Source of the DNA: Bacteroidia bacterium
GTDB taxonomy: Bacteria > Bacteroidota > Bacteroidia > Chitinophagales > Chitinophagaceae
DNA length: 64,000 nt
Assembly: GCA_037447355.1 (NCBI GenBank)
Contig: JBBIGW010000001.1
Span: forward strand, 1,136-65,135
Direction: 5' to 3'
Positions within the stretch are counted from its first letter, which is position 1. Every line of letters begins with the position of its first letter. The position numbers were made by a program, and so were the translations under genes. The notes under the pieces were generated by a model. The model searched no databases. It was not told the origin of the DNA and saw only the letters and a list, made by a program, of their open reading frames with translations. Of the stretch, positions 47,341-57,512 are shown one piece after another.

Positions 47341-49275
47341 ATGCAGATCACCCCCGGGCCCCTGTTACAAACTATTGATTCTCCGGCTGATTTAAAAAAG
47401 CTATCACGCGAGAAATTGCACCAGCTCTGCGATGAGCTCCGGCAGTATATTATTGACGTGGTGAGTGTGCATGGCGGGCATTTCGGCGCCAGTCTCGGTG
47501 TGGTGGAACTGACCACGGCCCTGCATTATGTTTACAATACGCCGTATGATCAATTGGTATGGGATGTGGGTCACCAGGCATACGGACATAAAATACTGAC
47601 CGGCCGGCGTGATATTTTTCCCAGTAACCGGAAATACAAAGGCATCAGCGGTTTTCCTAAAAGAAGTGAAAGTGAATATGACACATTCGGTGTGGGACAT
47701 TCCTCCACTTCCATATCAGCTGCCCTGGGCATGGCCATGGCGGCCAAATACAAAGGCGAAACAGACCGGAAAGTCGTTGCCGTGATTGGCGACGGATCCA
47801 TGACGGCCGGTCTTTCTTTTGAAGGCATGAACCATGCAGGTGTGGCGGATGCGGATATGCTGATCATCCTGAATGACAATGGCATCAGCATTGACCCCAA
47901 TGTGGGCGCCCTGAAAGAATACCTGACGGATATCTCCACTTCGCCGGCTTACAATAAAGTGAAAGATGATGTTTGGAAACTGATGGGTAAATTACCCGTG
48001 GGTAAAAACTTTACCCGGGCCATGGCCCATAAACTGGTTGAAGGAATGAAAGGGATGGTGAGCAGCAGTGCCAACCTCTTTGAATCCCTGAAACTTCGTT
48101 ATTTCGGACCGATCGACGGGCACAATGTGGCGAAGCTGGTGGATACCCTGCGCGACCTGCGAGATATCCCCGGTCCAAAGATCCTGCATATCATCACCAC
48201 CAAAGGCAAAGGCTATGCGCTTGCTGAAAAAGACCAGACCAAGTGGCATGCCCCCGGTTTGTTTGATAAGATGACCGGCGAGATCCGGAAGAAAAAATTT
48301 GACCTGCCCCAGCCCCCCAAATACCAGGATGTATTCGGGCACACGATGATCGAGCTGGCGGAGCAGAATGATAAAATATTCGGTATCACCCCGGCGATGC
48401 CTTCGGGCTCTTCGCTGAAATTCATGATGGAGAAGATGCCGGACCGGGCTTTTGATGTGGGTATTGCCGAACAACATGCGGTAACCCTGAGCGCCGGTAT
48501 GGCCACCCAGGGACTGAAGGTCTTCTGTAATATTTATTCCTCCTTTATGCAACGGGCCTTTGATTCGGTGGTGCATGATGTGGCCATACAGAAACTACCG
48601 GTGGTGTTCTGCCTGGACCGTGCCGGACTGGTGGGAGATGACGGGCCTACCCATCACGGTTGTTATGATATCGCTTATTTCCGCTGTATTCCCAATATGG
48701 TTATCAGTTCCCCGATGAACGAAAGTGAATTGAGGAACCTGATGTTTACCGCCCAGCTGAAGACAACAAAATTCCCCTTTGTGATCCGCTATCCAAGGGG
48801 AGAAGGCATGCTGCCCGACTGGAAAACACCGATGAAAGAAATCGAGATCGGGAAAGGACGAAAACTGAGAGACGGGCAGGATATCGCTGTTCTTTCGTTC
48901 GGGCACCCCGGCAATTTTGCCGCCGCCGCGATCCGCGACCTGAAAACTGATGGCCTGAATCCCGGTCATTATGATCTGCGTTTTGCAAAGCCGCTGGATG
49001 AAGCTTTGTTACACGAAGCCTGCCAGCGCTATGAAAAGCTGGTTACCGTGGAAGACGGGACCGTGAGAGGCGGATTCGGCAGCGCCCTCCTTGAATTCAT
49101 GAACCGGAACGGCTATAAGAATGAAGTGCGGATCCTGGGGATCCCGGACCGGCTGGTGGAACATGGCACCCCGAAAGAACTGCAACGCGAATGCGGGTAT
49201 GATGCGGAGGGAATTGCAGCAACAATAAGAGAAATGATGAAAGACAAAATCAGGGTATCCCGTTTGCTGGGTTAA
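47341..49275 (+). CDS. dxs: 1-deoxy-D-xylulose-5-phosphate synthase
   Basis: GGHFGASLGVVELT, WDVGHQAYGHK, GHSSTSIS, IGDGSMTAG, GIAEQHAV, DGPTHHG. Confidence 0.98.
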   Translation: MQITPGPLLQTIDSPADLKKLSREKLHQLCDELRQYIIDVVSVHGGHFGASLGVVELTTALHYVYNTPYDQLVWDVGHQAYGHKILTGRRDIFPSNRKYKGISGFPKRSESEYDTFGVGHSSTSISAALGMAMAAKYKGETDRKVVAVIGDGSMTAGLSFEGMNHAGVADADMLIILNDNGISIDPNVGALKEYLTDISTSPAYNKVKDDVWKLMGKLPVGKNFTRAMAHKLVEGMKGMVSSSANLFESLKLRYFGPIDGHNVAKLVDTLRDLRDIPGPKILHIITTKGKGYALAEKDQTKWHAPGLFDKMTGEIRKKKFDLPQPPKYQDVFGHTMIELAEQNDKIFGITPAMPSGSSLKFMMEKMPDRAFDVGIAEQHAVTLSAGMATQGLKVFCNIYSSFMQRAFDSVVHDVAIQKLPVVFCLDRAGLVGDDGPTHHGCYDIAYFRCIPNMVISSPMNESELRNLMFTAQLKTTKFPFVIRYPRGEGMLPDWKTPMKEIEIGKGRKLRDGQDIAVLSFGHPGNFAAAAIRDLKTDGLNPGHYDLRFAKPLDEALLHEACQRYEKLVTVEDGTVRGGFGSALLEFMNRNGYKNEVRILGIPDRLVEHGTPKELQRECGYDAEGIAATIREMMKDKIRVSRLLG

Positions 49276-49295
49276 ACACAGATAAATCTCCGTAG

Positions 49296-49330
49296 AAAGG
49301 ACCGTGCCGGTAACCGGCACGGTCCTTTTT
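49296..49330 (+). terminator. Intrinsic terminator after dxs
   Basis: Perfect 15-bp arms AAAGGACCGTGCCGG/CCGGCACGGTCCTTT, 3-nt loop, T tract. Confidence 0.85.
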
Positions 49331-49416
49331 GTTTTCAGAAAGCTTTAACAGCAGCAGCCTAAAGAAGCGTATGGAATTCCGTTACTCTTTCATCTCAACG
49401 GATCAACTGCTGTTTT

Positions 49417-50058
49417 ATGAAACATGTACTCCTTCTCTTTTCAGTCCTGGTGCTGCTGGCCGGCATTACCTGGTTTGCCAACAGTACCCCCCGGAAGAAT
49501 ACAAAGGCCCTGGCCGGCATATACAGGGAAATAAAGACAGCAGCCCCGTCGCCTGACCTGGAAAAACTCCGCACAAAGGCAGTCACCGCAAAAAGCTTTG
49601 TCCATAAAAAAGGGTACAACGAGGAAACCTGTTTCTTCATTGATATGAGCCTGCCCTCGGGGAAAAACCGGTTTTTTATCTATGACCTGAAAAAAGACAG
49701 CCTGCTCCGGGCCGGGCTCGTGGCTCATGGAAATTGTTATCAATACTGGCTGGAAGGGAGAAAGTACAGCAATGCAGTGGGCAGCGGCTGTACATCTCTT
49801 GGGAAATACCGGGTCGGGGTTCCGTATACCGGTAAATGGGGGTATTCCTATAAACTGCACGGGCTGGACAGCAGTAATAACAATGCCTTTGAACGGACCG
49901 TTGTTTTACACGGTCACTCCTGCGTTCCCTCCGGAGAAGCACCGGAGGATATTTGCCAGAGCAATGGTTGTCCCACCGTAGCGCCGGATTTTTTAGTACA
50001 CTTAAAAGCATTGATCAATGCCTCCCCAAAACCGGTCCTGCTCTGGATCTATGAATAA
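49417..50058 (+). CDS. Murein L,D-transpeptidase catalytic-domain family protein
   Basis: N-terminal anchor; FIDMSLPSGKNRF, VAHG, TSLGKY, VVLHG...QSNGCP (His/Cys catalytic motif). Confidence 0.88.
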   Translation: MKHVLLLFSVLVLLAGITWFANSTPRKNTKALAGIYREIKTAAPSPDLEKLRTKAVTAKSFVHKKGYNEETCFFIDMSLPSGKNRFFIYDLKKDSLLRAGLVAHGNCYQYWLEGRKYSNAVGSGCTSLGKYRVGVPYTGKWGYSYKLHGLDSSNNNAFERTVVLHGHSCVPSGEAPEDICQSNGCPTVAPDFLVHLKALINASPKPVLLWIYE

Positions 50059-50061
50059 CAG

Positions 50062-50766
50062 CTACTGCAGTTCATTATTGAGGTGAACAAAGAGTTCAGT
50101 CAGCTTCGCTTCATTTTTCAGTTTGAGATGCTCTTTTTTCAGGATCGCTGCAATCTTCGCAGCGTAATCCGGCATACTCGCTTTGATCCGGTCCGCATCC
50201 AGTGGCAGCATCTGTAGTTTATTACCGGGCAGGTATGCAAAATACAATTCCTTCAGTTCAGTTCTTTTTTCCTCCGGCAGCTCCGTATCCCGGATCAGTA
50301 AAATGGATTTGGCCCGGCATTTCAGCAACTGAAACTTACCATCCACCAGTAGCTGGTAAAAAGTTTCAGTGGTATTGGCCTGGAATGCGGGTAAACCGCT
50401 CCGGTAGTGAAGTAAGAGGCTGTCAGATTTATACGGTACTTTCAGGGAAAATGCGGAAACCGTATCCACAAATTCCATGATGACCTTTCCCTGCAGGTAA
50501 TACAGGGAATTATTATACATATCAAAAATCAGGGGTACCTGCATTTCAGGACGGCCACTCCGGAATTTTACCACACCCGGCATCCATTGCTGCTCCAGGA
50601 AAAATTTCTGAACATCGGACACCTGTTCTTCTTCCGGTCGTCCGGCCCAACTGTAGACTTCCATGCGTCTCTGCACGTTGCTGCGACCACCAAGGCCGGT
50701 CCCGCTCGCCTGAGCGAATACGTGGATGCTGAGGGCCATAAAGGCCGAAAGGAAAATGAATTTCAT
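50062..50766 (-). CDS. Exported hypothetical protein
   Basis: Signal peptide from MKFIFLSAF (start 50766 preferred over 50844); FYQLLVDGKFQLLK; LKLKNEAKL ending. Confidence 0.75.
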   Translation of the reverse strand: MKFIFLSAFMALSIHVFAQASGTGLGGRSNVQRRMEVYSWAGRPEEEQVSDVQKFFLEQQWMPGVVKFRSGRPEMQVPLIFDMYNNSLYYLQGKVIMEFVDTVSAFSLKVPYKSDSLLLHYRSGLPAFQANTTETFYQLLVDGKFQLLKCRAKSILLIRDTELPEEKRTELKELYFAYLPGNKLQMLPLDADRIKASMPDYAAKIAAILKKEHLKLKNEAKLTELFVHLNNELQ

Positions 50767-50827
50767 ATCGGTCAGTTTAAGGTATTCCTTTTCACAGATC
50801 ATCCCGAAGACAACCGGAAGTCCCGGA

Positions 50828-51238
50828 TCAGGCCAGCCTGGCATCCAGGGTAATTTCGGTGTTCAGCAGCTTACTTATAGGACAATTTGTTTTGGCTTCC
50901 GCTGCACAGTCCGCAAATTTAGCCGCATCAATACCCGGAACAGCCGCTTTCACTTCCAGGTGACTGGAGATAATGGCCCCGGCCTCGAGGGTAATCGTGC
51001 ATTTGGTATCAATACTGCCGGGAGTAAAACCCGCTGCGCCCAGTACAAAGCTCAGTTTCATCGAAAAGCAACCGGCATGCGCGGCGGCCACCAGTTCTTC
51101 CGGGTTGGTAAAAGTGCCATCTTCAAAACGGCTCCTGAAATCGTAGGAGGTGTTTTCCAGCACTTTTGATTTGGAACTCAGGGTTCCGCTTCCTTCTTTC
51201 CCGGTGCCTTTCCAGTTGGCTGTTGCAAAACTTTTCAT
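50828..51238 (-). CDS. osmC: OsmC family peroxiredoxin
   Basis: ANWKGTGKEGSG, TNPEELVAAAHAGCF, NCPISKLL. Confidence 0.95.
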   Translation of the reverse strand: MKSFATANWKGTGKEGSGTLSSKSKVLENTSYDFRSRFEDGTFTNPEELVAAAHAGCFSMKLSFVLGAAGFTPGSIDTKCTITLEAGAIISSHLEVKAAVPGIDAAKFADCAAEAKTNCPISKLLNTEITLDARLA

Positions 51239-51265
51239 CGCTTGATTTTTTTAGAGGAATGTGTT

Positions 51266-52051
51266 TTATTGTTGGTTTTGTTCTTCCAGTTCGGCCAGCC
51301 GGTTTTCCGGTTCATTGAATTCAATGATGAAATTGTTCTTTCCCTCCCCGATCATGATCTTCAGAAATTTCTGTTGTACCAGTTCCAGTACAGACAGGAA
51401 CAGGAAAATGGCCTGTACCCGGTTCTCACTCCTTTCGAAGATCCTTTCGAAGGGCACGGTTTTTTCCTCCCGCGCCAGGGAGAGCAGCTGGTCCCGGCTT
51501 TGTTCCATGGTGTATTTGTAATGCACCACGGTATGTACCGGTTTATTCAGCCGGTCACTGTATTTCTGCATGGCTTTTTCAAAGGCCCGCATCAGTTTAA
51601 ACAGGGTGATATGCTGGATCTCCGTTCCTTCACTGCCCTCTTCCCCGATCTGCGACAGTTCTTTCTGGATATTGCCCCGTTTCACCATCAGCATCCGCAG
51701 GGCCTCCATTTCGGCCATCTGTACCGAGGCTTCTTTAAACCGTTTGTATTCGAGGATCTTGTTGACCAGTTCCTGTCTTGGGTCGATCTCATTCCCCTGG
51801 GCATCCACTTCTTTACGGGGCAGGAGCATTTTGGCCTTGATCCGCATCAGGGTGGATACAAAAAGAATGAATTCACTGCTCAGTTCGATATTCAGCTCCC
51901 CGCTCTGGTGGATATAATCCATGAAATCGCTGATGATGCGGGTGATGGGAATATTATAGATATCCAGCTCATCCCTTTCTATAAAGAACAATAAAAGATC
52001 GAACGGGCCTTCGAACTGGGGCAATTTGATCTGGTACGAGGAATTCTGCAC
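51266..52051 (-). CDS. scpA: Segregation and condensation protein A
   Basis: FEGPFDLLLFFI...LDIYNIPI, DPRQELVNKILEYKRFK, FLSVLEL. Confidence 0.92.
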   Translation of the reverse strand: MQNSSYQIKLPQFEGPFDLLLFFIERDELDIYNIPITRIISDFMDYIHQSGELNIELSSEFILFVSTLMRIKAKMLLPRKEVDAQGNEIDPRQELVNKILEYKRFKEASVQMAEMEALRMLMVKRGNIQKELSQIGEEGSEGTEIQHITLFKLMRAFEKAMQKYSDRLNKPVHTVVHYKYTMEQSRDQLLSLAREEKTVPFERIFERSENRVQAIFLFLSVLELVQQKFLKIMIGEGKNNFIIEFNEPENRLAELEEQNQQ

Positions 52052-52150
52052 GTTGAAACGGTTTAGTCAAAAATAAAGTCCTGTTCTCAAACAGGACTTC
52101 ACAAAAATAAGGGAATCGGGCCGGAGGGAATCCCCCGGTTTTCCCCAAAA

Positions 52151-52528
52151 TTATTTCTTCAGGGCGTCCCGGATCTCGCGGAGCAGGGCGATATCCTCCG
52201 GAGTGGCTGCCGGGGCGGCAGGGGCAGCTTCCTCTTTTTTCTTTGCACTGTTGACCGCCTTGATCACCAGGAATAAGAAAAAAGCAATGGCCAGGAATTT
52301 TACAAGAGCGGAGATAGCCATTCCATATTTCAACTCGGCATCCCCCACTTTAACGGCCAGGGAATCAAAGTTGATGCCTCCCGTGATTATTCCTACTATG
52401 GGCATCAGGATATGATCGACAACCGCAGACACGATCGCGCCGAAAGCAGCACCGATCACCACACCCACCGCGAGGTCAATTACATTGCCCTTCATGGCAA
52501 ATTCTTTGAATTCTTTAAGCATTCCCAT
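52151..52528 (-). CDS. mscL: Large-conductance mechanosensitive channel
   Basis: LKEFKEFAMKGNVIDLAVGVVIGAAF, LLREIRDAL. Confidence 0.97.
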   Translation of the reverse strand: MGMLKEFKEFAMKGNVIDLAVGVVIGAAFGAIVSAVVDHILMPIVGIITGGINFDSLAVKVGDAELKYGMAISALVKFLAIAFFLFLVIKAVNSAKKKEEAAPAAPAATPEDIALLREIRDALKK

Positions 52529-52604
52529 AAAATTTGATTTAGGTTTTTTAGATTTTTTCAGCAGATTCCACTCAAGATATTATTTATTACAATAATTCAT
52601 TAAA

Positions 52605-53351
52605 CTACTTTTTCATCCCCGGGAACTGCATATCCAGTCCCTTCAGCAGGTCCCGGAGTGCGGATGCAATGATATATTCCTTGTACCAGTTCTGGTCGGC
52701 TGGTACAATGGTCCAGGCCGGGTTATTACAGTTGGTAAAGCAATCTTCGTACATCTCCATATAGACATCCCAGAGTTTGGCCTCTTCAAAATCCTTTTCA
52801 TTGTACTTCCACATTTTGGCCGGGTCCTTCATCCGTTCACTCAGGCGTTCGTGCTGCTCTTCTTTTGACACATGCAGGTAAAATTTCAGGATATGGGTAT
52901 TGTTATGCTGCTGCAGCAGTTTTTCAAAATCATTGATCGCCTCCATTCGTTTCCGGGCGGTATCATCATCGCACCATTTATGTACCCGGGTCACCAGGAT
53001 ATCTTCGTAATGGGAACGGTTGAATACCTGGATCATTCCCCGGCCCGGGGTATGCAGGTGAACCCGCCAGAGAAAATCGTGGGACAATTCCTCAGCGGTG
53101 GGCGCTTTGTAGGATTTCACGGTAACACCCTGGGGGTTCATATTGCCCAGTACGTTGCGGATCACGCCATCCTTCCCGCTTCCATCCATCCCCTGAATCA
53201 CTATCAGGATGGAATGTTTCCCTTCCGCGAACAGGAGGTTCTGTAACTCATCCAGTTCTTCCAGTATTTTACCTGTCGCCTCTTTGGTTGTTTGCTTGTC
53301 GAGTTTCCCGGGGGCGCGGGTATCGAGGGCGGATAATTTTATTTTACTCAT
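52605..53351 (-). CDS. ppk2: Polyphosphate kinase 2 family (class III-like)
   Basis: QGMDGSGKDG (Walker A), HDFLWR, FNRSHYEDIL (Walker B), KMWKY. Confidence 0.92.
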   Translation of the reverse strand: MSKIKLSALDTRAPGKLDKQTTKEATGKILEELDELQNLLFAEGKHSILIVIQGMDGSGKDGVIRNVLGNMNPQGVTVKSYKAPTAEELSHDFLWRVHLHTPGRGMIQVFNRSHYEDILVTRVHKWCDDDTARKRMEAINDFEKLLQQHNNTHILKFYLHVSKEEQHERLSERMKDPAKMWKYNEKDFEEAKLWDVYMEMYEDCFTNCNNPAWTIVPADQNWYKEYIIASALRDLLKGLDMQFPGMKK

Positions 53352-53363
53352 GGTGTTTTTTTT

Positions 53364-53469
53364 AAGTTGAAAAGTTAACAGGTTGAAAAGTTAACAGGTT
53401 GAAAAGTTGACAAGGAAGGCTTCTTAGAAGATCCCTTGTCAACTTTTCAACTTATCAACCTGTTAACCC
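53364..53469. repeat. 8-bp-period inverted array (six plus four units) upstream of ppk2
   Basis: (aagttgaa aagttaac)(aggttgaa aagttaac) aggttgaa aagttgac ... gtcaactt ttcaactt atcaacct gttaaccc; perfect 12-bp inner stem AAGTTGACAAGG/CCTTGTCAACTT. Confidence 0.9.
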
Positions 53470-53533
53470 CTATGCCTGTAAATGTAAAAAATATCGCCAA
53501 CTCTGCCCCTGATTCCGGAACTTTGCCGCTTTT

Positions 53534-54445
53534 ATGAGCAGTAAATTTCTCAGCTGGGGGTTATTTATCACCCTTTGTATCATCTGGGGCAGTTCCTTCA
53601 TCCTCATGAAATGGGGGATGTATGATGCCTACCAGCAACCGGTATTATCGCCTTACCAGGTAGCGGCACTCCGGATGTTTTCATCGGGACTGGTCATGCT
53701 GCCCTTCCTGTCCCGGTCGCTGAAAGATTTACCCCGCCCGGTACTCCGTTATGTTTTGCTGAGCGGATGGCTGGGCAGTTTTTTTCCGGCCTTCCTGTTT
53801 TGTATCGCTGAAACAAAAATAGACGGCGCCCTCACCGGCAGCCTGAATTCCCTGACTCCCTTATTTGTGATCATTACCGGTACTTTGTTTTTCCGGATGC
53901 GTACCAGCCGGCAGAAAATCGCGGGTGTGCTGGTTGGCCTGGCCGGCAGCGCCCTGCTGCTTTATTCCAATACCGGCAAACCGATGGGATACCTGGCTTA
54001 TACCGGTTTTGTGGTGCTGGCGACCATCTTCTATGGTTTCAATGTAAATATGGTGCATGAAAAATTAACCGGGGTCAGTTCTGTGCAGATCGCCACTATT
54101 GCCTTTACCGGGCTGATCCCCCCTTCCTTCCTCGTACTCCTCGTCACCGGTTATTTCAAACTTCCGCTAACCGAACATGCCTATGCCATGAGTACCCTGG
54201 CCAGTTCGGTACTCGGTATCCTGGGAACCGCCCTTGCATCGGTATTGTTTTACCTGCTGGTGAAAAAAGCCGGCGGGCTTTTCGCTTCGCTGGTTACCTA
54301 TGGCATTCCTTTTATTGCCATACTTTGGGGGGTCTATTACGGGGAAAAAGTCACCGGTATGCAGGTGATCGCCCTGAGTGTGATCCTGCTGGGTGTGTAT
54401 CTCGCTAACCGGCCGGAAAAAAAGAAAGCAACACCCGCTGACTGA
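53534..54445 (+). CDS. DMT/EamA family transporter
   Basis: IWGSSF, ten TM helices, SLVTYGIPFIAILWG. Confidence 0.92.
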   Translation: MSSKFLSWGLFITLCIIWGSSFILMKWGMYDAYQQPVLSPYQVAALRMFSSGLVMLPFLSRSLKDLPRPVLRYVLLSGWLGSFFPAFLFCIAETKIDGALTGSLNSLTPLFVIITGTLFFRMRTSRQKIAGVLVGLAGSALLLYSNTGKPMGYLAYTGFVVLATIFYGFNVNMVHEKLTGVSSVQIATIAFTGLIPPSFLVLLVTGYFKLPLTEHAYAMSTLASSVLGILGTALASVLFYLLVKKAGGLFASLVTYGIPFIAILWGVYYGEKVTGMQVIALSVILLGVYLANRPEKKKATPAD

Positions 54446-54475
54446 TGTTGCTTTCCCTGTATAACCGGCAGCGGT

Positions 54476-55039
54476 TTATACAGACATAATTTCTTTTTCT
54501 TTAGCAGCGAGGTGTTTTTCCACGGCTGAAATGAATTTATCCGTTGTTTCCTGCACGCCGGCTTCCGCGTCTTTAGCCACATCTTCACTCAGCCCGTTTT
54601 TCTGCAGCCGCTTGATATGCTCGATTGCTTCCCGGCGGATATTCCGGATGGCTACTTTTGACTGTTCCCCCTCACCCTGGCATCGTTTGACCAGTTCTTT
54701 TCTTCTTTCCTCCGTCAGCGGGGGCAGGAAGAGGCGGATCAGCACCCCGTCATTCTGCGGGTTGATCCCGATATTGGCAGCGATGATCGCCCGCTCAATC
54801 GGCTGGAGCATATTCTTTTCCCAGGGCTGAATAGTCAGCGTGCGGGCATCCATCACACTGATATTGGCCACCTGGCTAATGGGCATCGGCGAACCATAAT
54901 AATCCACCACGATACCATCCAGCATCTGGGGGTTGGCCTTACCGGCCCTGATCTTAATTAATTCTGTTTCCAGGTGACCGATCGCTTTTTTCATGTGCTC
55001 TTCCGCACCTGACCGGATGGATGAAAGTTCTTCTGACAT
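54476..55039 (-). CDS. frr: Ribosome recycling factor
   Basis: IRAGKANP, DYYGSPMP, IQPWEK, PPLTEERRKELVK, AIRNIRR. TAGCTTTG -7 motif on the minus strand at 55096-55103. Confidence 0.98.
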   Translation of the reverse strand: MSEELSSIRSGAEEHMKKAIGHLETELIKIRAGKANPQMLDGIVVDYYGSPMPISQVANISVMDARTLTIQPWEKNMLQPIERAIIAANIGINPQNDGVLIRLFLPPLTEERRKELVKRCQGEGEQSKVAIRNIRREAIEHIKRLQKNGLSEDVAKDAEAGVQETTDKFISAVEKHLAAKEKEIMSV

Positions 55040-55121
55040 AATGATTCGGTTTTAGTCGTTCCCGTCCTTAAATATACGCTTTGCACTGCGGGACGCAAAG
55101 CTAACAAAACTGGTGAATACC

Positions 55122-55156
55122 AAAAAAAACGGCCGGACTTATCGGGTCCGGCCGTT
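55122..55156 (-). terminator. Intrinsic terminator after the MraY-family gene
   Basis: AACGGCCGGAC...GTCCGGCCGTT with an A tract on the left. Confidence 0.75.
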
Positions 55157-55180
55157 GAATATTTTATAAAAAATTCCCGG

Positions 55181-56323
55181 TTAGTCCACTGCCGACTGGG
55201 CTTCTTTTTCCTTGGTCAGTGTAACCACCTTGGTGGAAGTCTGCTGAATCGTTGTCATTCTTTCACTGCGCTTAGCAATAAGGATAGCCCTCTTCGGTCT
55301 TTTGTAATAGTAGAGCAGTCCCAGCCCGGAAAAAGCGATCGCGAGCATGAGCAGCATGAGGTAATTGGGACCCAGGTAACGGCCGAACCAGGCCAGTACG
55401 ATGAAACTGATATTCACGCTTACACAGGTCAGCGTTACAGCCGCATGATCCATTCCCCGGTCCAGCAACAGGTGATGCACATGGTTCCGGTCCGGTGTAA
55501 AGGGGGAAACCCCGTTGAGTATCCGGATACTGAAGACCCGGAGGGTATCAAGCAGGGGTACGATCAGGATGGCAAACCCGATGGCTACCGCGGAAGGCAC
55601 CGGTACGGTCACGAGCGGATCATTGGCCACGTTGATGAATTTGATCACCAGGATCGCATTGATCAGCCCGATCATCAGCGATCCCGAATCGCCCATAAAG
55701 ATCCGGGCGGGATGATGGTTGAATATCATAAATGCGCCGAGGCTGCCGGCCATGGCAAAAGCCAGTAAAGCATAGGCCTGGTAACCGATCGCAAAGAAAT
55801 AGCTGCCGAAAACCAGCATGGTCAGGATTCCCAGGCTGGCGGCCAGGCCATCCACCCCGTCAATCAGGTTGAAGGAATTGATCACCACGATGATCGTCAG
55901 GTAAGACAGGGCCAGCCCGAATGCTTCGGGTAATTTTTCAAAGCCCAGCAGACCGTGCATGCTGTCGAGACGGATACCACCCAGGTGAATCAGGATGGAA
56001 GCCGCAATAAGCTGGCCGATGAATTTCTTGGTGGCGGACAAGATGATAAGATCATCTTTCAGCCCGAGGAAGAAAATAACCAGTGCCGCCGCAAAAAAAT
56101 ATTGAAACTCGTAATTAAGATGCCCCTGGATGGATAAAAGAGAGGCCAGAATAAAGCCACCGAAAATCCCCACACCCCCTAAAGAAGCAACTAAACGGGT
56201 GTGCACTTTACGCTCGTTGGGGATATCAAACAACTTCTTTTTTTCAGCCACTTCCAGTACAACAGGCACCGCCAGAAACGTAATTATAAAAGAGACAGAG
56301 GCCGTCAATAATATATCAAGCAT
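55181..56323 (-). CDS. MraY-family (WecA/TagO-like) undecaprenyl-phosphate sugar-1-phosphate transferase
   Basis: GGVGIF, LKDD, NSFNLIDGVDGL, IFMGDSGS, PDRNHVHH. Confidence 0.93.
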   Translation of the reverse strand: MLDILLTASVSFIITFLAVPVVLEVAEKKKLFDIPNERKVHTRLVASLGGVGIFGGFILASLLSIQGHLNYEFQYFFAAALVIFFLGLKDDLIILSATKKFIGQLIAASILIHLGGIRLDSMHGLLGFEKLPEAFGLALSYLTIIVVINSFNLIDGVDGLAASLGILTMLVFGSYFFAIGYQAYALLAFAMAGSLGAFMIFNHHPARIFMGDSGSLMIGLINAILVIKFINVANDPLVTVPVPSAVAIGFAILIVPLLDTLRVFSIRILNGVSPFTPDRNHVHHLLLDRGMDHAAVTLTCVSVNISFIVLAWFGRYLGPNYLMLLMLAIAFSGLGLLYYYKRPKRAILIAKRSERMTTIQQTSTKVVTLTKEKEAQSAVD

Positions 56324-56563
56324 CTAAGCAGTTTTATATGGTACATAAATAGCATCAAACTTTTGGTTTTTTGCATTACATAGATTGATTGTCCAATGCA
56401 TCTGACAAGGATCTGTGTAACCAGAAGGATATTTAGATACTATTGCCAGATTAAATTTATTACAACTGTTTTTTGCATTAAAAAACAATGCATTTTTGCA
56501 ACTAATCTGACCCTTTGAGGCAGCAAGATACGAAAAGTTTAATTACAACCTATTTTATTAATT

Positions 56564-57397
56564 ATGAACGAACTAACAACCACCGCAACCCAAATAAGAA
56601 GGGATATTGTCCGGATGGTACACGGGGCCAGCAGCGGCCATCCCGGGGGTTCCCTGGGCTGCACCGACTTCCTCACCGCTTTGTATTTCAGGGTCATGAA
56701 GCACAACCCCGCTTTTGACATGAATGCCGCAAATGAGGATGTTTTTGTATTGTCTAACGGGCATATTTCCCCGCTCTTTTATTCCACCCTGGCCCGTTCC
56801 GGCTATTTCGATATTAAAGAGCTGGCCACTTTCCGCAGGCTGAACAGCCGGTTGCAGGGGCACCCGGCAACGCATGAACACCTGCCCGGTGTACGGATTG
56901 CATCCGGATCCCTGGGACAGGGACTCAGTGTGGCCATCGGGGCGGCGCTGAGCAAAAAATTGAACGGGGATAAAAACCTGGTCTTTTCCCTGCACGGGGA
57001 CGGGGAACTGGATGAAGGACAGATTTGGGAAGCCGTGCTTTTTGCCGCCCACCACAAAGTGGATAACCTGATCAGTACGGTTGACTGGAACGGGCAGCAG
57101 ATTGACGGCCCTACGGATAAAGTGATGGGATTGGGTAATATCCGGCAGAAATTCGATGCATTTGGCTGGACCACCCTTGAAATGAACGGCAATGATATGG
57201 ATGAAGTGGTAGCCACGCTTGAAAAAGCAAAATCCCTGACCGGCCAGGGAAAACCCATTGCCATAATGATGCATACTGCGATGGGCAGGGGTGTTGACTT
57301 TATGGAAGGCACGCATGAATGGCATGGCATTGCACCGAATGACGAGCAATTGGCCAAAGCCCTGGCCCAGTTGCCGGAAACCCTGGGAGATTATTAA
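56564..57397 (+). CDS. Transketolase, N-terminal (TPP-binding) subunit of a split enzyme
   Basis: GHPGGSLG, LSNGH, LQGHP, GSLGQG, GDGELDEGQIWE, HEWHG. Confidence 0.93.
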   Translation: MNELTTTATQIRRDIVRMVHGASSGHPGGSLGCTDFLTALYFRVMKHNPAFDMNAANEDVFVLSNGHISPLFYSTLARSGYFDIKELATFRRLNSRLQGHPATHEHLPGVRIASGSLGQGLSVAIGAALSKKLNGDKNLVFSLHGDGELDEGQIWEAVLFAAHHKVDNLISTVDWNGQQIDGPTDKVMGLGNIRQKFDAFGWTTLEMNGNDMDEVVATLEKAKSLTGQGKPIAIMMHTAMGRGVDFMEGTHEWHGIAPNDEQLAKALAQLPETLGDY

Positions 57398-57420
57398 TAC
57401 AACGGCTATCCCGAAAAATA

Positions 57421-57457
57421 AAAGGGCTGTACCGCTATACCGGCACAGCCCTTTCTT
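57421..57457. terminator. Bidirectional terminator between transketolase and ABC permease
   Basis: AAAGGGCTGT...ACAGCCCTTT between convergent genes. Confidence 0.75.
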
Positions 57458-57512
57458 TATCAGAAGCATCTCCTGTGTTTATACAGTATCGAGAATATTG
57501 AACCGGAGCAGC

